Source: Octopus vulgaris (lineage: Eukaryota). From it: DNA of 64,000 nucleotides. The notes beneath the pieces were generated by a model. The model saw only the letters and a list, made by a program, of their open reading frames with translations, ran no database searches and had not been told where the DNA came from. The stretch lies in the NCBI GenBank assembly GCA_951406725.2, contig OX597814.1, positions 119,412,001 through 119,476,000 of the forward strand. The letters are read 5' to 3'. Positions 27,334-39,836 of the stretch are shown piece after piece (the stretch's first letter is position 1; every line of letters begins with the position of its first letter). The position numbers were made by a program, and so were the translations under genes.

Positions 27334-30300
27334 GCATGTATGTGTGCGTGTATAAATATGTGTGTGTATGCATGTGTGTGTGTGTGTGTATCAGGAGATT
27401 CATTCATGCATTATACGAATAAAATCATGTTTTAATAAATTTAAAATTATTTTCTTTGGAAGTATGTTTATATCTTCTAATCATACATTGATATCCAAAT
27501 ATCATAGGAATATTATATTTGCAAATACAAATCCAATAAAATATTTCACAACCCAGCTTAATATAATCATTGAACGTTTTTACTGAGTGTGCATTTAGAG
27601 GTATTATTATGTGTAATGAAGGAAGCTGTTGTTAATGTATACGTTCTTTGGATTATCAACTAAACTTTGTAAACATTTAAACTTTATAATGCATCCTTAT
27701 CATTCATCACAATCACAAAATGTATAGGATCACCTTAAAGTATGTGTTAAGGGGAATTATGTAATAACAAATAGCGATGGGAGAGCATGTGATAGAATAA
27801 TAAGGTTAAAAGCAAACAAAATAACAACATTAGTTGTGGTATATCTTTACTTCGAATCTATATTTCGAGCGTGAAATATATGTTATCACGATATTGAAGA
27901 ATAACAAAATATTATCTGTATATGCGTGCTGTACAAATAAATAAAAATGAAAATAAATAAATAAAGATGAATTTTACTTTTATTAGAAAAAAAAAATTAT
28001 GTAATGTAACACCAATGTGAGCAAAAATATAATAAAATAAGATAACTACAACACAAAGGGTTTCTAAATGGGTTTTAGAGGAAGCTCTATTAAATAAACA
28101 TTAATTGCTATAATGTGTCAGTTTTTGAAGATTTATGCATCCAATATCAGATAAATGGTGGATTATGATATTATATAAGGTTCTAATATACACAAAATTA
28201 CCATACTGGAAAGAATACGGTAGTTTTGGAAGAATTTAAGGTAAATAAGTAAAACTTCAAAGTATATTATAGGATGAAGAAGGCATTTAATAATGATCAG
28301 AAATAGGACAAACACTCACTGATCTAAAAGTTTTATAAAATTATTTTGTATATAAAGTCATTACTGGAAACATTATGAAGAACACCAAAAGTCAATGATA
28401 ATGAAGTCAACGTTTCAGTGAATATTAATATCTTTAGAAAATTTCACATAATGATGAAGATATTGCAGTGAATTGCATTGAAATATGTGTTAATTATTCA
28501 GAAATTGAGACATTCCAAATATAAATCTAATTAATATACGTTACATGTTCTGTAGCTTCTTTTATATTTCGATTCGGTAAAATTAAACGCTAATTAGCGC
28601 TTCTCTGATTACATAACTCAATATCTATATTTACGCTATATAAGTATTCATTGATTAATGATGTCTCGTAAGCGTTAATTTCCTATCTACTATTTGGTTA
28701 CTACACAAATCAACAGAAATTAGAATAATAACTTTCCTGCTCTTTCAGGGATTGCAGACGAAGGGAGACAATACCCACCTTTCCATAGCATATCTTTCCT
28801 GATATTAGTTAATTGGGCTCTATAATGTGTTCGGAGATAATTTGAAAAGAAAGCTGTACATTTTCTTTTTAAGACATATACTGTTTGAGCCTTGTCGTGA
28901 AATATAAATATAATGATATATTTTATACTGGGGTGAAAAAGCGAAATCGATCAGAATAGTTTCTACTTTTCGTTAAGGTCAATCTGCCCACGGAGAGATA
29001 AATAGCAAGCCTAAACGTCTATTCCTGTTAAGAAAATTGAATTTTTCATGCTGCCCTCTAACTATTTTTACATGCTTGCGTGCACATTATGAGCGTATCG
29101 TCTCAGTAACACTCCCACATAGTGTACGTGTGAAACACCTTATGATAACAGTGACAGACAGTGTAAGAGAAAGTGACAGTCTATAGAGATAGACAGATTA
29201 AATGAGAGACTGAAAAAGCGAGGACGAGTAAGAGAGAGGAAGATAGAAGGAGAGGAAGAGAAATGAAGATATTGATAGACAGACAGAGGGAGGGGGAAAG
29301 TAAAAGACAACGTTTTAGAATTAAATAAAAGTAACTTGTTAAATAAAAGTAACGAGGAAAAGTGAGAAAAACTAAAAGATTCGGGGAAAGCAAACTGCAG
29401 CAGATTTCTGTCGCCGTTCGTTTTATTCGGCTTCTAACAACTTCAAAGATGCAGTTGCTGTTGATGAAACTAGTACGTTACTTTAGTTGTTAACCAATGT
29501 ATTATGCGACGACCGGATGATAACCCATCAAAAAGAAGACAGAATGTAAGTGCAGATGAGAAAAAAAAACAAGTAAAAGCTTTAAAAATAGAATAAAGGG
29601 AACGAAACAAGCTGCTAGACGCGATAACATTGGATAAACGACAAAAGGGTTTGATGTAAGACGAGAAAGCGAAAAGTAGTTCGGAGCGGCAAGTTGAGAT
29701 AAGAGAAATAAATATTAAGACAATGCAGAAAGAAAAGAAGAAAGAATAGCGCGACTAATGCAGGCGCCTACAGAGAATATTCAAAACTGTTAAGAAAATG
29801 TGACTAGCGTGGTTTTGGGTGTAAAATATGATTTAGTTTTATGATGAAATAATACAATGAAATACTCGCTTGTAACCTGTGAAAGAAATAAAACAAAATT
29901 AATGCCTACAAGGTGAATACGGACATAGTGCATAGAACAATATGTATAAAGGGAACTTAGAAGTCATATTTATTATTGTTTTTTTTTCGTTTTAATCTAA
30001 TTTTATTTTCAAGAGAGATGCAAATAATATTTATTGTTCGTTCTTCTTCCTTGTTAATTTCATTTCCCGGTAGATTAGAAGAAAAGTGATTACATGAACT
30101 GTAGAGAAATGAGAATGATTGCAGTTTCAAGATGAACAAGAACTTAATATTCCAAAAGCCATTGCGCCAGTAAATTAAAAGAGTTGTCTTATTATATGAA
30201 CAATACTACTTCTTTGAAAACATCGGGCAGTTTTCATATTGGATGCCATCTAAGATGTACGGGTTTTACCAAAAGACAAACAAAAATGGGGGAAAAAATC

Positions 30301-30558
30301 ACTCCGAATCCTATATACGAAGTTGGGCCGCCCTCAATCTAATTTTTGTCTCTGACGCTCACTTTTTCATGAATAGGCGGTCTAATATGCCCACGCGTCT
30401 GTTATGCCATCAAATACGATAGGTATTTTGAATGGGTACACACAGACAGACGATTGAATGCATGTATGCTAACATACACATACTGATTACTATAAAACAA
30501 ATGAACAAGCAAACATATATACAAGCATACATACACACATACATGCATACATAAATAC

Positions 30559-30621
<63 letters not shown>

Positions 30622-30699
30622 CATACGGTAGGCTCTCTTGTGGAAGACGACTTATGGGTATTAAGCTTTTACCAAATGACCTGCTCAAATGATTTGTTT

Positions 30700-30918
30700 A
30701 TAGTGATCACATGTTCGCGCCGCACATTATTTCACTCTCTCCATCAAAGTGACGTTGTCTGAACAGGTGTTCAGTGCATCATGCCTCAGGTGTCGAAATG
30801 ATTACAGAGCAACGTTAAGTGGAGTCTTTTGCTTAAGAACACAAGGCGCTACCCGGTCTGGGAATCGAAACCGCGATCGCTAGATCGCGAGAGAAACACG
30901 CAAACAACTAGGCAACAC
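30700..30918 (-). mobile_element. Diverged SINE family C-like head
   Basis: gagcaacg...ttttgcttaagaacacaa...ccggtctgggaatcgaaacc...aactaggcaac. Confidence 0.6.
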
Positions 30919-31082
30919 ACAGAGAAGCGACGAAAAGTGCACTGAAAAATATATGATGGGGGATTTAAACAACTTGTGCTACCATATTGTGATATATACA
31001 TGCGTTATTCAAAAACTCATAGACGTACTCCTTGTGAAATTTCGAATAATGCATGTTCAAATTGCACAATGTGAATGCATAC

Positions 31083-31148
<66 letters not shown>

Positions 31149-32211
31149 GGGAGCATGTATGGAGCTGGTCTCAGTTGCTGTTCGGTAATTAAGATACACA
31201 TTCTAAAAGCAGAGATAAGTTTAAAAGTCAAGCAATTATGTTGTATAATATTTAATATTACTGTACTTATCTTTTGAAAGACATGCCACCGGCCACTATG
31301 AGTCATTTCTTTGAGTTCATTTTTGTTTACACTTTATACACGTATGCAGATATGAGTGTGTGGAAGAAGAACGAAGAATATGAGTGTGTGTGTGTGTGTA
31401 TCATATTTTTGACACTGACGTCAAAGCTTAAATAGAAGTCGTTTAACTGCACCGTCAGTTTGAATTAACGCATCATCACTGAGGATACATCTATGAACCA
31501 ATTATAGTAAGTATTAGCTCTACACACGCAGTCAGAATGCATGAGTATCTATCCCATGTATTCATATATACACGCATGCACGCTGACAATACATACATAA
31601 ATGCATACATACATACATACATACATACATAATACATACATACATACATACATACATACATACATACATACATAAACACCCTGTTGGTGATGATGATATT
31701 CCAATGGTGGAGCCCTGGATCTAGGTTAGATCTTTCGCTGTTGGTAAGGAATATTGAAATAAAACTGAATAATGACATACATACTCACATACATAGATAC
31801 ATATACACACACATGCATACATTCATAAAAAATACATAAATGGTTCATTAGGCCGCATGTCTTTAATAGATATAAAAAAAACCCACATAAAATCTGTGAA
31901 TGTTATCAAATTTTAGATACGCGCCATTCAAAATGTTCCATCATGTGTGCTATGTTACATTCGACAGTTGTTAGGGTGTTTGATAGAATTGTGTTGAGGT
32001 GTGCACTTGGAATCTGTGTTCCCTGAGTTGATACCCTCCTGGGATAAATGTTTGTCATTCCTCTTCTCGGTTTCAATGAATAAAAAGCCAGAATTGAATT
32101 AAATGTTCTGTAGCAGTCATAATATCTCGATAACTTCCTTATGCTACATAAGACAGACATCTTACACTTTTGTACATTCATCGATTATATATATATATAT
32201 ATATATATATA

Positions 32212-32410
32212 TAGGAATAAAAAATGGAGTCAACGCAGGTTTTTGCTAAAATGTCGTATTGACAAGTTTCGTTTTTTCACTTTCCCGAAGAGAAGATTGC
32301 ATTGTTTATACCTTTTATTCTTTTGAATAAGTATCAGTGGAATTTTTGAAACATATGTAGAAAGAAAAAATACTTGTTTAAACCTCCGTTTACTCCATTT
32401 TTTATTCCTA
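32212..32410. mobile_element. MITE-like element with ~30-bp terminal inverted repeats and TA ends
   Basis: aggaataaaaaatggagtcaacgcaggttt matches the reverse complement of aaacctccgtttactccattttttattcct with 2 mismatches. The element abuts a (TA)n tract. Confidence 0.75.
32280..32364 (+). ncRNA. Type-I hammerhead with U4>C substitution inside a fold-back element
   Basis: Sequence is ctttc CCGAAGA gaagattgcattg..ttattc tttt gaataa..cagtggaattttt GAAAC atat GTA gaaag. Stem I is 5 bp, stem II is long and stem III is palindromic. Confidence 0.65.
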
Positions 32411-32552
32411 TTATTCAAATATTCAACGTAAACACGACGTTTCAACCTTTATAAACAAGGAGTTACAACATCTTTACTTGTGAGATTTTTGCTGCCCTGG
32501 TACCTATTCATTCATTTATCCGTGTTAATTGTTAACAAGGTAAAATACACTC

Positions 32553-32597
<45 letters not shown>

Positions 32598-32601
<4 letters not shown>

Positions 32602-32925
32602 TACAGGACGTCACAAAATATAGATAACATGAAATAGGAAGTCAAACTTGGGTATGCTAACAACGGGAGAAACAAATGGAAACTAACAAAACTAACAGAA
32701 AGATCGATCCATCATCAGTTGTCGACTGTTCAACTCTCCACTTTGTTGTTAATTGCTCGAAATGTAGAGTAGATGAACAGCCGACAACTGATAGTGGGTC
32801 GTTCTTTCTGTTACTTGTTTTGTCTTCCATTTGTTTCACTCGTTGTTCGCATGCCCAAGTTTGCCTTCGCATTTCATGTTGTTTTTCTACTTGATGTCGT
32901 TTACGTTTTCGGAAGTCCTGTACCT
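32598..32925. mobile_element. Large imperfect palindromic (fold-back) element with tacaggac...gtcctgta ends in (TA)n
   Basis: The left half is the approximate reverse complement of the right half (aaacttgggtatgctaacaacg / cgttgttcgcatgcccaagttt). Related half-copies occur at 17333-17413, 19068-19185 and 19664-19835. Confidence 0.75.
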
Positions 32926-33329
32926 ATATATATATATGAGATCAACAAACTATGCTCTAATTTAATTAAATTCTCTGTCTTTGTGCAGCTGAAGATTGCT
33001 CTGCATTTTAAATTGATGTAACGATTGCATTGTTCAATTAAATTGCGTTGCATGAAACGATCGTATTGCATTACATCTGGATATCCTTGTTGCTTATTTT
33101 GATATATATTTGCAATCTATGTATCCAGAATATATGCAAAGTGGTATATGGCAAACATGCTATACAGCGCATTTCTTCTAATCGGCTGCCAAATAATGAA
33201 ATATTACGTATATATCTTACTGACCCTCAAAACACCCCTACCGTGACTGTTTGGTAAGGAAATTGTCTGCATTCGTTGCCTCCTCAGGCAGCGTGTTGTT
33301 TTTTCTTCAACTACAACACCCTTTGCTTC

Positions 33330-33512
33330 TCTGAATTAACTAATATCCTACCACTTGCGTTCAAACCAACATAGTTAACTCCCCTTTTCTCCTCGTAGCC
33401 ATATTATTTCTGCACTGAAGCTTAATATTCATATCTTCGTGCAATTCTTTTTCCAACCCTTTAGAAACGTACCCTTCAGTCCTTGTTATACCAGTAACAT
33501 ACAAATTGCACT
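33330..33512 (-). mobile_element. Possible very decayed piggyBac-like transposase fragment
   Basis: Minus strand gives NLYVTGITRTEGYVSKGLEKELHEDMNIKLQCRNNMATRRKGELTMLV*, loosely like GTVR.NRKGLPKEL...KL..G...RRKG.L..W. The match is weak. Confidence 0.2.
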
Positions 33513-34539
33513 TGACGAGATCATTAACCGTTTTGATTGGCTAGGGTTTTAAATTTTAAATAAATATATTTTACATCAAATACGTTCGGATCTTCTTCCT
33601 TCAAATTACATATTAACTATTTTTGAGATGTTATTAAAGGAAAACGTGTATTCTATGCGATATATTTAGTTCTTTTATATATTTAAATTCTTATTTCGAA
33701 ATTGTAATGAAGGTAATTAGTTTTCATCAACCGCTTCCTATAATTATGGTTTAAACAGGTAGAAGGTGGCGAAGGTATTTTTATATATGTGTTCGGCTTA
33801 ATGAAAATTATATTTCAAAAAACGACAAAACTGAGTAATGGATGATTATATATTAAATATTAATAAAAAGAGTCTTTTGGAGTTTCATACCAAATTTAGT
33901 AATTCTATAAAATGCAATAAATATGTTATCTTATTTCTAGAATTCCATTAAATTCTTAATTTCAGAATTAATACAATTTACATACAACTGTTGTGAAGAT
34001 GATCATTATAAGAATATAATATTTGTTGAAATAATTATTCATTTCAGGAAGTAACGTTTAATTACATGCTAAGTAAATAGACGTTGGCACTGCTAATAAT
34101 AAATTGCTATTGATTTGGTTAACAGGTAAAACGTTTGCTAGTTTTAAATGTGAATTAATGTCTATTTTTTTGTTATAGTTAAGAAGGGGCTAACTTAATT
34201 AATATAGTGAGCCAAACAAATCTTTAATCAATTAAAATTACGTCCTAAATAAAGAAAATAAAGTAATTAGCATTAATAACAATTACTATCAAGAATATCA
34301 AATGAGACAACTCCGAAATCCAAAGTGATTAAAAATTGAATATCAAAATAGTTTGCCAAAATCTGTGATGAAACGAAAGTTATTTTCTGGAGATCAACCC
34401 TCAGGAACTCAATAAAAGTTAATTTTCCAGTTTATTCAATAATTCTCACACTTCCTTACAAGAATCACTTTTTCTGAAACTTTTTCCAATTCCATTAAAA
34501 CTATATCAACTTTATACTTAGTTTACAAATAAGAAACAA

Positions 34540-34602
<63 letters not shown>

Positions 34603-34643
34603 AGGGTGGGGTGGAGAGGTAACCAAGGAAATAGAGTAATATG

Positions 34644-35062
34644 AAGGCGGCGAGTTGGCAGAAACGTTAGCACGCCGAGCGAAACGCTTAACGGTATTTC
34701 GTCTGTCGTTACGTTCTGAGTTCAAATTCCGCCGAGGTCAACTTTGCCTTTCATCCTTTCGGGATCGATAAATTAAGTACCAGTTACGCACTGGGGTCGA
34801 TGTAATTGACTTAATACCTATGTCTGTCCTTGTTTGTCCCCTCTGTGTTTAGCCCCTTGTGGGTAATAAAGAAATAGGTATTTCGTCTGTCGTTACGTTC
34901 TGAGTTCAAATTCCGCCGAGGTCAACTTTGCCTTTCATCCTTTCGGGGTTGATAAATTAAGTACCAGTTATGCACTGGGGTCGATGTAATCGACTTAATC
35001 CCTTTGTTTTTCCTTGTTTGTACCCTCTACGTTTAGTCCCTTCTGGGCAATAAATAAATAAA
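34644..35062 (+). mobile_element. tRNA-derived SINE family B, full copy plus a partial tandem copy
   Basis: The first copy runs ggcggcgagttggcagaaacgttagc...gagttcaaattcc (B box)...cctttcatcctttcggg.tcgataaattaagtaccag...aataaagaaata. The body then repeats from ggtatttcgtctgtcg (about 34877). Confidence 0.85.
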
Positions 35063-35658
35063 AAAATAGAGTAATCGAGAAATATTAATAATGTGCTGCG
35101 ACATGTATCTCTTTACTGCAAACGTAACCCTTGCTCTCCATTTTTCACCGATCGATAAATCAAGCACTTATCAGATATTAAAGTTGTTATAATAAATTAT
35201 ATTCTCTCCAATGATAAGTTTGTCGTATTGTACCTATAGCAGATATCAAGAGGATTCTGGTATTGCAACAACTGATAGGGCATTCATCCGTAATATTCTA
35301 TACGTAGCATCTGCGTCGCATCTTAATCAACCAGGATAACCAACGGTGAAGGTAAAACACTTATTGGTAGGATTCAGAGATGTGGACGGCAAAGACGCTA
35401 AATCTAAGAAATTGTAATAACGCAGAACTCCAAAAAATATTATGAAGGTTTGTTTATTTTATTCCTCGAAGTAATTGGTAAATGCATAGAATATGTCTAC
35501 ATGGGAGATGCATGTATATACATGTGTTGGAATACATATTTGTGTTTTGTTCCCTGTGTATGTATGTGTGCGCTTGTTTCGGCATATGTATATGTATTTA
35601 TCATCAACAACAGTTTAACCATGTCTGGTTTCCCATTACACAATGGAATTGTTTAAAC

Positions 35659-35865
35659 ATTGGTTTAAAAGTTTGGCACAAGGCCAGCAAGATCGGAGTA
35701 AGTTGATTACATCTGCTCCAGTGCTCAGCTCAGCTGGTACTTATATCATCGACTCCGAAAAGCCGAAGTCGACCTTAGCGAAATTTGAGCTCTGAACGAA
35801 AGTCAGATGAAATGTCACTAAATATTTTGCCCGTTACGCCACCGATTCTCCTAGCTGACCACCTT
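35659..35865 (-). mobile_element. Diverged SINE family B copy
   Basis: tggcacaaggccagcaa...gattacatc...ctggtactta...atcgactccgaaa...gtcgacct. Confidence 0.7.
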
Positions 35866-35866
35866 G

Positions 35867-35957
35867 AATTAGATACCTATTGCACAATCATTATATACGA
35901 CTGAGATTTAACAGGAAATATATTCTTATTTCTGCAATTAGAATTAAATACAGTTGA
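35867..35957 (+). repeat. 91-bp segment duplicated at 39746-39836
   Basis: aattagatacctattg.acaa..attatatacgactgagatttaacaggaaatata.tcttatttctgcaattagaatt.aataca.ttga is present at both sites with few mismatches. Confidence 0.85.
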
Positions 35958-36569
35958 AAGATTTATACAACCACATCTAATTTTTCATCTTCACATTGCT
36001 GGTATTTTGAATTATTTTCTTTTATATCGTTCTTTGCAGTTTTCTATTTCGAACAGTTCTGCGAAAATGTTAATCGCTTCGATCTACCCGAATATAGAGG
36101 GGTGGGAAATTATGGTCCTTACTTCTGGTCAAATAGATAAAAAGATGATAATGACGATACAGGCGCATTATAACGATATTATGTCTTTTGTTGTGGAATA
36201 AGAAATAAATATCTTTGCATTGCAGATATCGCTTAAAGAAACTTATAACTGCTCAAACAATAACATTTGAACATAGACAGAAAGCAAATATGCTGTTTCT
36301 GTGATTATAAAGATTTAAAACATAAGCAAATCATTAATAATCTAAGAAAAAAGTCGCTATTTCTTCGAACATCTTAAATCCATGTTAATTAGGTTCCACT
36401 GGTCCGTGTCAGATCGATGGCAATTCACTACAAGCTCTCGTATGATTGTGCATTCCTACAATCATTTGAAATACTCACTAAAATATATTTATTCTTAGAT
36501 TTTATTATTTTTTAACAAAATATAATATATAACATTATATTGCGCATATTTACTCAATCACAATAATCA

Positions 36570-36639
36570 ATACACACACACATATATATATACATATATA
36601 TACATATATATACATATATATATATACACACACACACAC

Positions 36640-36672
<33 letters not shown>

Positions 36673-36685
36673 CACACACATACAC

Positions 36686-36742
<57 letters not shown>

Positions 36743-36910
36743 TATACATATATACATATATATATATACACATACATATATACATATATATATACACATA
36801 CATATATACATATATATACACATACATATATACATATACATATATATATATACACATATACATATATACATATATATATACATATATACATACACATATT
36901 TACACACACA
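36570..36910. repeat. Compound (TA)n/(CA)n microsatellite
   Basis: Seen directly. Confidence 0.95.
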
Positions 36911-38469
36911 TGTGTTTGTGTGTGTGAACGAGGTTACAAGCGAGGCACACAAAACGCACATATACACATCTACATACACAATACAAGGTATATGAAGATT
37001 TTTTTTTCTTTTTACGACTGCTTTGGAGATATAAGGCGTATATACACATCTAAGTGATTAATAAATGGAAACTTCACTATAGGTTTGTGAAAATTAGAAC
37101 TCAGGCAATGATAGTCTATATGTACAAGTAAATCAAAACTGAAACAATATTGAGCTGTTTTTCTGTTAATAATGACTTTCTAAATGGAAAAATTTAACTG
37201 TAGTTTATAGATATTGACGTTATATTTTGTTGTTTGGATGCTGCGGTAATGGTGGTGCTATTGTTCCGGCTCGCATTGTTGTACTTATAGTCGCTGAAAA
37301 GGCGAAGACATGACGCCAGTTTTGAAACATTAAAGTTATTATTTCGTATTTTATTGACTTCACATCTTTATTCTATTAAATAGAAGTGGTTGAATGCCGA
37401 AGTGGCTTTGTTTCTTATCTCTTTTCATTATATATGTTTTTCAACGGTATGAATGAATGCACACATATATATATATATACAAATACACACCAACAAACGC
37501 ACGCAGAAATAATATAAATATTCATATATATGTATAAATACAGTTACATATGTATATGTCTGTGTATTTATATACGTACATACATACATATACGTACACA
37601 CACACACACAGATACACGTACTTATATACACATGCATGCATATATATATATATATATATATGCGTACAAGTATCATTGTATCTATATTACTTTGTCTTTT
37701 ATAATATCACTAACTACCCGCCCGTATCTAAAGACGTTTTCATCATATCGATTTATCAATTCTCAAAACCAAAATAATATACTTGATCATTGATAACAAC
37801 TGACCATTGTTGATCCATTTCGATCTTATTAGACCTATAATTAAATAAATGTACAAACACACACTCATATACATATATAGATAAGAGTGTGTTTAAATAT
37901 GTATATATCTGAACGTATCGAATAACGTGTATGAAAAAATAATGTTACAATATATTTACGAAGTACTTATTTATATTTATATGCGCTCAGTTTTTATTAT
38001 TATTATCAGTCGTAACCATTGTGATTCCGGAACTGAATTTCTTTATAAGTTGTAGAATAAGAAACATTTATTATTTTATACAATTTATATGATAACTGAA
38101 CTGTGTTAATACGCAAACACATTCACTGCCACACACAGAAACACGATGTATATATATATATATATATAAGCATGTTTGTGTTTTTGTAGGAAGCTGGTAA
38201 TTTATATTGTCGCCACTGAGTGTTTCCCCGAAAGACTTGTTCGTTCATTCGAGCAGAAAATGTTTGGGTATAGACGGAGAGAATTACCGAGCTTCAAACA
38301 AATAAATATAACATACATCTCTTACTGAATAATATTTTTCTTTCTTTTAAACAAAACCATCAACTATGTGCGCGCGTGCGTGCGTGCGTGCGTGCGTGCG
38401 TGTGTGTGTGTGTGTGTATGTGTGTGTTTTGGTATTTTGAGAAGCGGTTGTGTTCAGTGCTTTCACAGA

Positions 38470-38990
38470 CTTTCCGAGGCAATTGAATCTGATGCTGTTT
38501 ACATTCCGCTGGAAATGTTGCAAGCGACTGTAGGAAAAACATTAGAATTTGAGAAATTGCTGTAGCCCAATCTTGTGGCAAGAAAACGCTCCACGTATTT
38601 CAGGTGTTGTATCAGGCAGTTGGACGCGGGTCAATTTGATCATATCATATACAGAGTAATTTAGAGACCATTGAGTCGCGAATGCTTGAGTGAAAGAGAA
38701 GTGCACCGAAGAGAGGAGATATCTGTTGTAGAGGAAAATGAGACAGAGGAAGTTTACATTCCGTGTGGGGGACAGTTATGAGATTTCTTGTGATTTTATA
38801 CTAATTATTCGAGTGCATTTAGTTGGAAGCTGTTCTGGGTTGTCACTGTACAGAACAGCCAAAATGCGGGTAGATGCTGTATCTATGATGTATTCATCTG
38901 CGATATATACTGGGCTGGGCCAGTGTTTCTGATGCAATTTATATATTCCTGAGGTCGTGTGATCACCACGGATAAATTCTAAGTGAATGA
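38470..38990 (-). mobile_element. Highly decayed CR1/L2-like LINE RT C-terminal fragment
   Basis: Minus-strand pieces resemble the HRRNV.SLCLFY and VFP...LQ.FKRNVN motifs, for example gtttttcctacagtcgcttgcaacatttccagcggaatgtaaacagc. There are many frameshifts. Confidence 0.5.
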
Positions 38991-39316
38991 GAAACATATT
39001 TGATGCACTAGAGACAATTCCATTGGCGAGCTATTTAATTAGTATATCGAGTGTTAATTATATAGATGCATTGATAAATTTGTGAATAAATGAATATGTA
39101 TATAAATCAGGTTTCAACTCGTCAATCAATGTACTTCATAATATATATCTTGTTTATTTAAGTGGGACCAGTTCACACGCACTATACTCTGATACCAAGT
39201 TTTGTTATAGCGTGTTAAGCTTTGTTTTAGCATTCCTTACTTAATCGAACCGAAGCAGAAATTTTCTAAAATTGTTTCGATCACTAGCTGGTATTGTTTC
39301 GTAAATAAATAAATAA

Positions 39317-39369
<53 letters not shown>

Positions 39370-39372
<3 letters not shown>

Positions 39373-39691
39373 GAGCACTCCGTCGGTTACTTTGACGAGG
39401 GTCCCAGCTGATATGATCAACGGAACAGCCTGCTAATGAAATTAACGTGCAAATGACTGAGCAATCCACAGACACACGTACCCCGAACGTAGTTCTCAGG
39501 GAGATTCAGTGTGACACAGAGTGTAACAAGGCCGGTCCTTTCAAATACAGGTACAACTCATTTTGCCAGCTGAGTGGACTGGAGCAACGTGAAATAGTGT
39601 CTTCCTCAAGGACACACGGCGTCGCCGGGAATTGAACTCATGACCTTACGATAGTGAGCCAAATGCCCTAACCACTAAGCCACGCACCTTC
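39370..39691 (-). mobile_element. SINE family C copy with a different 3' tail
   Basis: tcattttgccagctgagtggactggagcaacgtgaaat...ccctaaccactaagccacgc. Confidence 0.8.
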
Positions 39692-39836
39692 ATACACACA
39701 CAAACACACACACACATATATATAGATAGATCAAAGCAGCTTTATAATTAGATACCTATTGTACAAATATTATATACGACTGAGATTTAACAGGAAATAT
39801 ACTCTTATTTCTGCAATTAGAATTCAATACAATTGA

